From Octopus sinensis (Eukaryota), in assembly GCF_006345805.1 (NCBI RefSeq), contig NC_042999.1:83452001-83516000 (forward strand): a stretch of DNA of 64,000 nucleotides. Direction: 5' to 3'. This document shows positions 51,403-63,401 of this stretch, in pieces. The translations under genes and the position numbers were made by a program. The notes under the pieces are model-generated. The model was not told where the DNA came from. It saw only the letters and a program-made list of their open reading frames with translations, and ran no database searches. Positions within the stretch are counted from its first letter, which is position 1. Each line of letters begins with the position of its first letter.

Positions 51403-53062
51403 TCCTGTTGCCTCTAATTATTGCTAGGTAATTTGCGTATTGGTTAAGTGGTTCTGACTCCACCTTTACCTGAGTTCTAAATGTCGCTGCTTTTGTGTAT
51501 GTGGTATAAAACTGCTTTGTATGTGGTAGTATATAATCTTTTGTTATTTCCCTGATTGTACACTATGTATAGCAGTCGTTCTTTGTGTTCTTATTTATAA
51601 ATATATTTCCATTCCAACTGTCGTTGTTCTGTAATTGGATTCCACTTATCTACTTGTGCTAAGCTTCTGTCTCCTTATTATCTTTTCTATAAAGCTGGTG
51701 GACATCTGGTTTTGGTCGTTGTGCTCGGTTCACACTGAGAAATTTCCTTGTAATATAATCCAATTTTATGTTTTCACTCACCATCCAATTTATGACGCTA
51801 ATACTATACGACAGTGTAAGAATGGTGTTTGATAGTGTTTATAACGTTTTATTTATTGTTCTTTTTTTCTTTGGGAAATAAGTTTGCTTTTTAGTTTCAA
51901 CTCCACAAGTTGTGCGTATTGATTTTTTAAAATGTTCTTCCAATATTTTATATTAGAATTGGTCCACCTTCAGCATGTCCAAGCATTGTATATTTCCTGG
52001 CTTTTAAGCTGCCCTTAATGCTTCATCTATTCCTTTTGCAGTTCAGACTTTTCCTCAGTATAATTTAGAGACAGAGAGAGGGAAACAGACAGAAAGAGAC
52101 GGAGCTAGAGAGAGAGAGAGAGAAGAATAATACGACCGTGGAAACAAGTGATATCAGAACAATCCAAAAATATAACGGCTAGTAAAATTCATAATCTTTG
52201 ATTGGTTCGTGTGCTGTGCTGAGAACTGAGAACTGGCGTTTTGGGTAGAATTCTTTGCTTCTTCAAATTTTGTTCAAGAAATTCGCATGAAACACTAGAA
52301 CTCACATCTTCCTATAGCACACGAACGTACTTAAAACTTTATAAGTGGTTATGAGAAGCTGACATATTTTTCTACTCAAAATTCTGTCGCTGTAGTTTTG
52401 CTGAATATTTATTAGAACATATATGTTAGTCATGATATCTATTGACTTCTAACAGCTGATAGATGCTCTATTGTATCACGATGTCGTTCCCCACTTCCTA
52501 TATTTCCACCTTTTATGAGTTTTTTTCTGTTTATTTCTCATCCATCACAATACTAAAAATATTTACATTCAGAACTCCTGTTGGTTTTCTGATAACGTAT
52601 TTAAATTTCAGTTTCCACTATTGTTAAATCTTTTGTTCTTTCCCAATTTGTTTTTACACCAAACCTTTACTGAACTACGCAAGCAGCATTATAAAACAGC
52701 TGCCAAGACTGATGAAATGTGTTCAATAGTATTTTGTTATGCTATCCGCTTTTTGTAATTACTTTATTTCCCTTTCTTTCTGTCTACATACTCTTGGCTA
52801 AGTGGTGCTTGCAATTATTCAATTTGCTACCGTTTCTCTAAGTTTCGATACGGTTTTGGGTTACCAGCAAAACCGTTTACAGTTCGTATTGTTTCACTCA
52901 ACATTTAAAGTCTAACTCGCAGTAAACGAGAGTCAAAATTTATTTATCAGTCACTGTTGTAAGCAGTGGGCGCACAATGTAAATACTGAGTGTTTCTTTC
53001 GCTCTGTATTTTCAATTCAAACCTCTCAGTAAATGAGCTTCCGAATGATGATCTTACCCCCC

Positions 53063-53123
<61 letters not shown>

Positions 53124-53661
53124 TATGTATATATGCGTGTGTGCGTGTTTATATACCCATCTAAGTATCTTATATAATTTCCCTAAAATACGCAAACGAC
53201 AAAATCTTACCACACACTTTCAAAACCAGAACAATTATATGAAGCACGTTCACACTTGGTCACCGCATCAATAATTGCACACGTTTCTCCTGATTACAAC
53301 CAATATCTCCATTAATTAAATATTACTCATTTACCACATTTAATCCTTAGTAACACATATTCTGTCCCTATCGAGTTCTTGATCATAAGGAGAATTACAT
53401 ATCATGTACATACGATATTACTTTTACCTTCTCACTTCATTTTCCGAGGATAATCTCGCTTGATCTCTTTCCTTTGCATTTTTTTTATCACATATATTTG
53501 TTCATTTACATGTGAACGGGTATATTAAAAATCCCCCTCTGTTTTCATGCTAAATGCCCGCAACCATCTCTTCCTCACCACATCCTTATTTTCAGATTGT
53601 TATTTTACATAACACCCAGTTGTGTTATCAGAATATATTTCACTTCCTTCTACGTTCTATT

Positions 53662-53671
53662 TTCTCTTCAA

Positions 53672-53726
<55 letters not shown>

Positions 53727-53775
53727 TATTATTATCATTATTATCATTATTATCATTATTACTATTATTATTATT

Positions 53776-53839
<64 letters not shown>

Positions 53840-53891
53840 CATTATTATCATTATTATCATTATTACTATTATTATTATTATAATAATAATA

Positions 53892-53944
<53 letters not shown>

Positions 53945-53953
53945 CATTATTAC

Positions 53954-54007
<54 letters not shown>

Positions 54008-54082
54008 CATTATTACAGTGATCGTTGTAGCTGTTGTTATCAGAACAGCTTATTGCTGGTGCTGCTGCCGCTGCCGCTGCCG

Positions 54083-54138
<56 letters not shown>
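53662..54138. repeat. Compound (ATT)n-(GCT/GCC)n-(ACT)n microsatellite
   Basis: Read directly; source of the poly-I/N/L ORFs. Confidence 0.95.
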
Positions 54139-54139
<1 letters not shown>

Positions 54140-55940
54140 TTTCGCATAATAAATATTCATTCAGTTTTGACATTTGCGAAAATGGTATTCGAAATATCAA
54201 ATAATTTTAACATTTACTGATTTCTCAGGGAGAGAATACGGAAGAGAAAATGAAAGAGAGGAAGTAAGAGAAATACACGGAAAGTGACTGGGTGAGCAAG
54301 AGAGAGAGACAGAGAGAGAGAGACAGAGAGTAGAGAGAGCAAAAGGGAATGAGGTAAAGAGAGAGATAACGATGAAGATAATTATGATGTAGAGAATTAA
54401 GAGAAAGACGAAACGTCACATAATATATTGTCATTCTTAGTCCCTCTCTTAATAAAATGTCTCGATTTATCTCTATTTGTTTCCGGCTAATTGTCTTATT
54501 ATATTTCTCTTTATTTACCTAAATGTATCCATCCCTATCTCTCCCTGTTCCCCGTTCTTTCCCTTGCTCTCTCTCTCTCTCTCTCTCTCTCAATTTATAT
54601 GCTCCACTCCGACATATATGTGTGTAAATATATGTATGCAGCTATGTATGTATGTATGTATGCATACATTTATTTATATAAATCTATATATGAATATGCG
54701 CGTGTGTGTGTGTATGTGCATACACATATAAATATATATAGATATGCCTTTATGTATATATATGTATGTGCATACATATATAAATATATATATATATATG
54801 CCTTTATGTATATATATGTATGTGCATATACATATAAATATATATATATGCCTTTATGTATATATATGTATATATATTTATATATATGTATGTGTGTATC
54901 TGCATGCATAAATGCATAGATACGTACTTAGACACATAAACTTTTGTATACATGTGTGTCTACACACACACACGCGCACACACATGCATGGACACACACA
55001 CACATACACAAACACTCGCACATGAAAATACTCGCACGCACACGCACGCACATGCGCCTCTATTTATAGCAGTATATTATTTTAACATTACCACATCATA
55101 ACTTGAATTTCATCTTTCGTTTATCAAGGAACGTGGGAAAAGTTACATGATTGCATTTTAATATATTTAATCCTCATTATTTATTATTAAAATTACACTT
55201 ACTATTTCAGTGGTTTTGTTTCATTCCAGTAAGTACTAAGTTTCATTGTTTAATGGTTAGGGGTGACTTTTTATTAATATCAATGTGTATGTATTTGTAA
55301 ACGGTCATTAGATAATTATATGTAAATTTACTAAATTTATTCTTGTGGCTTTATAGAAAACCACGACTGAAAAAGAAATTGTATATACCCCTTGTGCAAT
55401 ATTTAAAAATATAGGAGGGACATAGTTAAAGGACAGCCACTCTGTAATACTTTTAATGTCTTTTTAAAACTATCGTGTTATTTCAGTATGATAATGGAGA
55501 AGTGTCCGTATCGTATCTAAATAAATAGCGGCGCTTGTGTGTACATGAAAATTTATTGATATTAGCTGTTCAATATTTTAGTGTCGCGTTTTTATATGAG
55601 ATGTTCCTCAATAATACATAAAACTACAGAGTGAATTTGATTATATAATTGAATTGTAATTGATTGAGACTCACAGAAGCCACCTAATATTGAAGTGTAA
55701 TTCTTTTAGCTTTCAAATACTAATCGTAAGTTGCAAAAGTATAATTCTGTTGGAGGTATCTAAGTTTAAATAGATTTACTGCTAATCTGATGTAATACAT
55801 GCGCTCTGCTTAACGTTAAATTACACTGTAGCTGAATCGGTAAAGACGTTTTTGAGACAATTATCATTGATTGGACACAAGTTTTGTAATTGACAGACGG
55901 AATTGTAATTTTTTTTTGTCATTTGGGTTATGAGAATTGA

Positions 55941-55999
<59 letters not shown>

Positions 56000-56005
<6 letters not shown>

Positions 56006-56260
56006 AAACTAATGGTTGTGTCTGTAATAATTGGTGCATTGGGAACTGTAAGTAAAGACACAGACAAATAGTTGAAGGAGATTGGAATAAAATGTCCCGT
56101 AGATCTTTTACAGAATGTTTGCTTTTTAGAGATAGGAAAGATTATCAGGACGGTCTTAAGTACTTGAAAGATTATTGAATGTTTGTGGATACTTAAGGTT
56201 ACAGGTAGTAACCCGTTGCCCATATGTATTTCAACCAAGAATAAGAACGAAGCAACGACG
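56000..56260 (+). mobile_element. 5'-truncated R4/Dong 3' end inserted after (TAA)n
   Basis: KLMVVSVIIGALGTVSKD..IGIKCPVDLLQNVCF..GKIIRTVLST* directly after (TAA)n at 55945-56000. Confidence 0.75.
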
Positions 56261-56566
56261 TTTATTGTTCTTGTTTCTCTTTTCGTTTCTTAATGTTTTA
56301 TTTCATTAGTTTTTTCTAATTGTTTGCTCATTGAATTGACTATATAAATACGTGTGTCTATATATACTTATAAACAACACTTATTTTAGTGCTGTTGACA
56401 CCGCCGGATTGAATGGTACTGCCCGAGTGTCGAAACCATAATGATATCCGTGGGGCAACTGATGATGGAGGTATGTTGGGTTGTTGGTATTGCTGTTTTT
56501 GTATATGTGGAATAGTATTATAACACATCTGTTTAAGATACACACACACATATATATATTGAGAGA

Positions 56567-56612
<46 letters not shown>

Positions 56613-56614
<2 letters not shown>

Positions 56615-57158
56615 AAGCAATTAGTTTTAAATCTCTGAGCGAGAAGTACATAGTAACAGTACTACAGAGTAAAATACATTTGCCAACGTAAAGTGGCAGT
56701 CCTGAGTTGGACGATGTTACTACCCGTTTTATCTCCAGGAAATCATCGTTTCCTGCTGACTACTGACGCACAATTGCGTCCTTATACCTCGAACAAGGGA
56801 GCTAATATATCCTGTCAGTCTTAAACTGTAACTGCGGGCCATCGTTTCTAGGTTATTTCTCTTCATCAGCACAGAATAACCGTTGGCTAGAGATGGCAGC
56901 ACTAGGCCTTGTTCGAGGTATATGCTTTTAAAATGGAACACAATCACTGATTTCGTAAAGAGACATTAGCTCCCTTGTTCGAGGTATAAGGACGCAACTG
57001 TGCGTCGAAAGCCAACTGGAAAAGACGTTTTCTTGGGGATGAAAAATGTAGTAACATCGTCTTAATCAGGACTTCCACTTTACGTTAGCAAATAGATTTT
57101 ACTCTGTAGTACTGTTACTTGTTGCTTCTCGCTCAAATATTTAAAACTAATTGCTTTC
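56613..57158. mobile_element. Fold-back / long-TIR MITE-like element (about 194-bp arms, 158-bp spacer)
   Basis: 56613-56806 is a diverged reverse complement of 56965-57158, including the exact inner block GCGTCCTTATACCTCGAACAAGGGAGCTAAT; a partial extra arm copy at about 57220-57280. Confidence 0.7.
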
Positions 57159-57308
57159 CTCTTTACGAGATCCGTGACTGTGTGTCGCTTTAAAAGTATA
57201 TATCTCAAACAAAAAAAAGGTAGCAACACCGTCCTAATCAGGACTGCCACTTCACGTTGGCAAATAAATTTTACTCTCTCTCTCGCACTCTCCTAATATA
57301 TATATATA

Positions 57309-57818
57309 TCTATATATATAAAACTGTAGTTGTGTGAGTGTCTGTCCCCTTCGATTTAGATTCCTAACTACTCCCACATTTTGCGGTGCAGTTTAACCAA
57401 ATTCGGGTATCTTTTAGTCGCGATTCATATCGAGCCCGTCTGAGTATTAGCGCGGGTCTACGATGAGTCTACGATTTTAAAAGTAATTTAACATCATTTT
57501 TTATTCCATTTTAATGCATAATTTTTCGTGTGTCGATGGCGGTGGAGTTGGCGTCCATGGTCACACCTGCACCTGTTTGCTTCTCCCCCTTCTTCCCTCC
57601 CTCGTGAAGCTGTGGGGAAGGGAGTGTAAGGAAATCAACGTCGTAAAGCGTTGTCAAGGAGACCAGCGTTCTTTTAGAACAACGACTTCATGGCTTGAAG
57701 ACACCAAAACAGAAATGGCTAAGAAAGCCCGAATTGGCATCTATAAGGGAAGTAACTCTCTAAAAATGCTTATATAGTTATTTCCCTTACAAACCCGAGC
57801 AACGCCGGGCGATACTGA
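57309..57818 (+). mobile_element. Non-autonomous Helitron (510 bp)
   Basis: A|TCTATATATATAAA 5' end; hairpin CCCGAGC-AAC-GCCGGG at 57794-57809; CTGA (CTRR) at 57815-57818 followed by T, i.e. an A/T insertion site with no TSD. Confidence 0.8.
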
Positions 57819-58455
57819 TATTATTTATATATATATATATATATTTCGAGCGTAATGTATTAACGTACCAATGCGATATAACAAATCTATTAGATACGCG
57901 TGTATTCATTTAAATATCAATTTTATACATTGACAAAATTTTGACTAAACAATGCAAGTAGTAGAAGGAAACAGACATATGCATGCGCAAGCGTATTTGT
58001 GCACGTATGCATGTATGAAACAATATCGACCGTTACTGATAATACATCGTAAGCCTAAATTTCATACTTAAGCTCACCAAGAAACCATCGGTTTCGATGT
58101 AGTGCCTCGCAAGATGAGTTTCGAGTCCAACGAATGCTTTTCCATATTTTCCATCTAATTTTTTTTTGTTTTACTCTAATCTACTGTATTATAAATAGTT
58201 TATAGCCGCATAAACATTTGAAATACATTGTAAAACTGTAAAATTTATTTGGCTAAATCCATGTGACTGAATCCATGTGCACGTTATATTGAGTTTAAAA
58301 CAACAATATGAAGTTGAAAGTATTGTTTTCAATCGTACGTTTGCTATCTAAAGAAGTATAGTACCTGAACTTCGAGTGATGGCGTCAAATACCTTCGGTC
58401 AAATAAATTATGCATACATATATACATGCATAAACACACACACACACACACACCA

Positions 58456-58486
<31 letters not shown>

Positions 58487-58654
58487 CACCCAACTGTCTC
58501 ACGCTCCCTCCCTCACTATCTATCTATCTCTTTACCTATCTATCTATCTATCCCCCCTCTCCTTCTGCCTCTCTCTCACACATTCTCTTTCTGCATACAA
58601 ATATATATATATATAGACATATATACAAATATATGTATTCACTTTCACTTTCAC

Positions 58655-59047
58655 TTTTACTTGTTTCAGTCATTTGACAGCGGCCATGCTGGAGCACCGC
58701 CTTTAGTCGAGAAAATCGACCCCGGGACTTATTCTTTGTAAGCCCAGTACTTATTCTATCGGTCTCTTTTTTGCCGAACCACTAAGTGACGGGGACGTAA
58801 ACACACCAGCATCGGTTGTCAAGTGATGCTAGGGGGACAAACACAGACACACAAACACACACACATATATATATACATATATACGACAGGCTTCTTTCAA
58901 TTTCCGTCTACCAAATCCACTCACAAGGCATTGGTCGGCCCGGGGCTATAGCAGAAGACACTTGCCCAAGATGCCACGCAGTGGGACTGAACCCGGAACC
59001 ATGTGGTTGGTTAGCAAGCTACTTACCACACAGCCATTCCTGCGCCT
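58655..59047 (-). mobile_element. CORE-like SINE family B, full length
   Basis: Near-consensus copy homologous to 6351 and 11515. Confidence 0.9.
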
Positions 59048-59137
59048 AAATATATATATATAATATATATATATATACACTTAGAAATATATGTATATAT
59101 CTACATACAAATATATATATATACATGTACATATGTT

Positions 59138-59169
<32 letters not shown>

Positions 59170-59219
59170 AACATGTATATATAGATATATAAACATATGT
59201 ATATATATATGAGCATATT

Positions 59220-59448
59220 CTTTTATTCTTGTACTTCCTTCAGTCATTTGACTGCGGCTATGCTGGAGCACCGCCTTTAGTCGAGCAAGTCGACACCAGA
59301 ATTTATTCTTTGTAAGCCTAGTATTTATCCTATCGGTGTCTTTTGACGAACCGCTAAGTTACGGGGACGTAAATAAACCAGCATCGGTTGCCAAGCGATG
59401 TTGGAAGGGACAAACATAGACACACAAACGTACGCGCACACACACACA

Positions 59449-59504
<56 letters not shown>

Positions 59505-59664
59505 CACGACGGGCTTCTTTCAGATCCGTCTACCAAATCCACTCACTGGGCTTTGGTCAGCCCGAGGCTATAGTAGAAGACACTTGCCCTAGGTGCCACG
59601 CAGTTTGACTGAACCCGGAACCACGTGGCTGGTAAGCTATTTACCCCACAGCCACTCCAGCGCG
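59220..59664 (-). mobile_element. CORE-like SINE family B, full length, expanded (CA)n linker
   Basis: Second copy in the same orientation about 170 bp from the first. Confidence 0.9.
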
Positions 59665-60569
59665 TATATATTATATGCATACATTTGCGGGTATGTGTTA
59701 GTATGGATGATGTCTGTAAGCGTATATGTGCATAAACTTGCATACATACATCTATCCATACATGCATGCATACATACATACATACATACATACATACATA
59801 CATACATACATACATACATACATACATACACACACATACCTACATACATATATGGACATACGTATTTGTGTATATGTGTATATATATATATGTATATATA
59901 TGTATATATATATACATGCTCATCGATATATACGCTTATGTACACGCAGACGTTAAACAACAACATCATCATCATCAACAACAATAACAACAACAAGAGC
60001 AATCTTCACTGCTGATACAACAGTATCGATACGGTTCCTCATCTGACATATTACTGCTCTCCCAAAACAGATGTCAGAATCCCTGACGTCAGTAGATTAA
60101 GGTAAAGGTTAACAAGATGACCCTCTGGCACCAGAAGTTTACGATTTCTGACAAGGTATACTCCCCCATACCCTCCCTCTTGCACTTTCTGTCATTTTTC
60201 TTTGTTTCTTTCCTTCTTTCTTTCTTTCTCTCTCATTCTCATTCTGCTCCTCCTCTACACAGATGCACAGACTTCTGATATACAAGCGTATACGCACACG
60301 TAACAAAAATATTTAGAGATGGATATTTTTGTGCATATATGTCTTTGAATATGCTTATAAGTATGCACATACATACGTATATACATATACACGCGCATAC
60401 ATACAAACACACACACATATGATCTGAAACACAGACGTTTATAATAATAATGTATGTTGTTGAATACGTGTATGTAAGGATGCGTGATTGCTTGAATATT
60501 ATGAGTAAGTATGCGCACTTATACTTTTGCAGCTCTCTATATGCATGCACTACTCATAATCCACTTTTC

Positions 60570-60750
<181 letters not shown>

Positions 60751-61245
60751 ACACACACATACATATATACGTATATATATATATATATAATATATATATA
60801 TATATATAATATATATATATACACATTGATCATAGAACAAACAACAAATTCGAATCAATGACTTTATGTATAGCTCCATATCTCAAACATTTGATCATAT
60901 ATAAATATTACCATGGTTCTTAAAGATATAAAAATATACAAATATAAAAAACACAGAAGGTAAAAATATATATGCGAATAAAATACAAATATATAGAACG
61001 GCCTATCAAAAAGGTAAATACAACTGACTAAAAATTCAACGAATGTGATTGGCAGAGGGCTGATTCCACCAATTTCTTCGATATTACTATGGGGCCATCT
61101 GATTCAGCACAAGTGACTGATTTGGTGGGCCTATACCTCCTTTCGCAGATTAAGGATAGCAAGTAAAAAGAAAATATTTTACTCAGACCCTAGTAGGTCA
61201 GAGCTGTCGACGTCTGAAGAAGAACGATTAAGAACAGTCGAAGTC

Positions 61246-62122
61246 ATGCATAAGGAACTGGAAATTAGGAATAGGAAGTTTGCAGACGTCGCCAGAGAGT
61301 CGGAGGATAATGTCGAAATTGAAATAGGAAAGTATAAAAATCTTCTCAGTCGGGATGGCTACAAAGACCAAGTAACACCCGGTCCCGCAAGAAACAACGA
61401 ACAAAATGAAAGGAAGAACGGTGACATATAAAACTTACTCAATTAAGGTAGGAAAAATCGATCATATGACAATAGAGCAAGTGGAGAAGGCACTGAGGCC
61501 AATCTGGCAAGAGATAGTATATCTTGCTACGGGGCCGATATATGGAGAGGTAGAAGTCACATTTAAAAATGAAAACACAGCTAAAAAACACTCGGCGACA
61601 CCATTAAGGAACGAGGAGGTAATAATTCTACCCACGTACCTGGGACAGAGAACGTCTCGAGTAAGGGTAGAAGGAATTCCACCAGAGATAAATGTTGCCT
61701 GGATAGTAGCCGCTGTCGTGGTTGGTACCGAGGACAAGATAGCGGTGCTCCAGGCCACAAAAACGAAGTGTTAACTGGAGAGGCCAAGCGTTGAACATGA
61801 TTATTCAAGGTTCAAAAAGAGACGATAGAAGACATGGTTGAGACGGTAACAGTAAACGAAACAATAATGAATGTAAGGGTGGAGGGCAGAATCCCTCGCT
61901 GTTTTAAATGTGGCCTGAAGGGCCACATAAGAGCGAAATGCCCTCCACCGATCAAAGAAGCTGAGAAAACGTAAGAAGAATTTCTCCAGGAGAAGCCCCA
62001 GGAAGGACAAGAAGAAGAAAGAATGGTACCAGTGGAGGCAGAAAAAGAAAAGGCAGAGGAAGAGTGGGAAACCACGGGAAAAAGGAAAGAAGGAAGAGAA
62101 AAAGTCCAACGCATACAGAATC
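61246..62122 (+). pseudogene. Frameshifted gag/ORF1-like gene (unit A): RRM-like region plus CCHC zinc knuckle
   Basis: ..RKFADVARE.. then TVTYKTYSIK..YGEVEVTFKNE..LPTYLGQRTSRVRVEGIPPEI.. then RIPRCFKCGLKGHIRAKCPP (CX2CX4HX4C at 61900-61941) and an E/K-rich tail. Architecture typical of Tx1/L1-clade ORF1p. At least three frameshifts and a stop. Confidence 0.75.
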
Positions 62123-62280
62123 TTTTCCAGTTACTGCAGCATAGCTACCGACTGGACCTGGTTGGCTCTCCATTATTTCGTTTGTAACAACTTCACCATA
62201 GTAACCTTTTCCAGTTACTGCAGCATAGCTACCGACTGGACCTGGTTGGCTCTCCATTATTTCGTTTGTAACAACTTCAC
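62122..62280 (-). repeat. 84-bp tandem duplication encoding GEVVTNEIMESQPGPVGSYAAVTGK twice
   Basis: CTTTTCCAGTTACTGCAGC...CAACTTCACC starts at 62122 and again at 62206. Confidence 0.95.
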
Positions 62281-62378
62281 CCACAAATAGGGAAGAAAAC
62301 AATTAGGCGAAATAACAGTTAACAATTCGATAATGCAACAATTCAACAATTCAATAATTAACATTAGTACGGTGTTAC

Positions 62379-63401
62379 TTTATTACCCATAAAGGGCCAA
62401 CAAAGAGGGACAATACAGCACATTTGGGGACATATAACAAATAAAAAAAATAAAACTTATGATATAAGGAAAATTGAAAATGAGAAATGAAAATGGTGTT
62501 ACTTGCCCCACCAAGTAACATCACTTACTTCCTTTTCCTCCGTTTTCCAGTTCTTTATATTCTATAGACATTGGTAATTTCCTATGCCGTAGTCTACTTT
62601 CCACAGCTCACATTTTCCTTAGTACCCTTTTATTTCATTCATTTGTTGTTCTGTTATTAATAAACACGTATGTTCTCCGCCAATACTCTCCTCATCTACT
62701 CCACCAACATATACTGTGTTTCCCCATTCAGTCACCCTTTCAATCAGTTCATCTTCCACGTCCTCATACAGTACATACGCAAAACAAACAGCGGGAGGGG
62801 AAGTTTGTGAATTATTGTGTAAGTGTTCTTTCTTGTTTATATGTTGGAGGGGAGTGGGAAGGCTTAGTGTCTGCAGGGAGAGGGTGGGACAAAGTGGATA
62901 TGGGTGGGCATTGGGTAGTTGTAGGGAGGGATTCTGTATGCGTTGGACTTTTTCTCTTCCTTCTTTCCTTTTTCCCGTGGTTTCCCACTCTTCCTCTGCC
63001 TTTTCTTTTTCTGCCTCCACTGATACCATTCTTTCTTCTTCTTGTACTTCCTGGGGCTTCTCCTGGAGAAATTCTTCTTACGTTTTCTCAGCTTCTTTGA
63101 TCGGTGGAGGGCATTTCGCTCTTATGTGGCCCTTCAGGCCACATTTAAAACAGCGAGGGATTCTGCCCTCCACCCTTACATTCATTATTGTTTCGTTTAC
63201 TGTTACCGTCTCAACCATGTCTTCTATCGTCTCTTTTTGAACCTTGAATAATCATGTTCAACGCTTGGCCTCTCCAGTTAACACTTCGTTTTTGTGGCCT
63301 GGAGCACCGCTATCTTGTCCTCGGTACCAACCACGACAGCGGCTACTATCCAGGCAACATTTATCTCTGGTGGAATTCCTTCTACCCTTACCCGAGACGT
63401 T
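62379..63401 (-). mobile_element. Inverted copy of the unit A 3' half continuing into an acidic C-terminus and LINE-like 3' tail
   Basis: 62930-63401 is the reverse complement of 61651-62122 (3 differences seen). The minus strand then continues (ORF 62619-63029) and ends ATTGTCCCTCTTTGTTGGCCCTTTATGGGTAATAAA at about 62379. Confidence 0.8.

Noticed and set aside
53554-54200. Poly-I/L/N/Y ORFs (also 12570-13109, 15723-16174, 26838-27525, 59543-60861)
   Set aside because: Translations of microsatellites.
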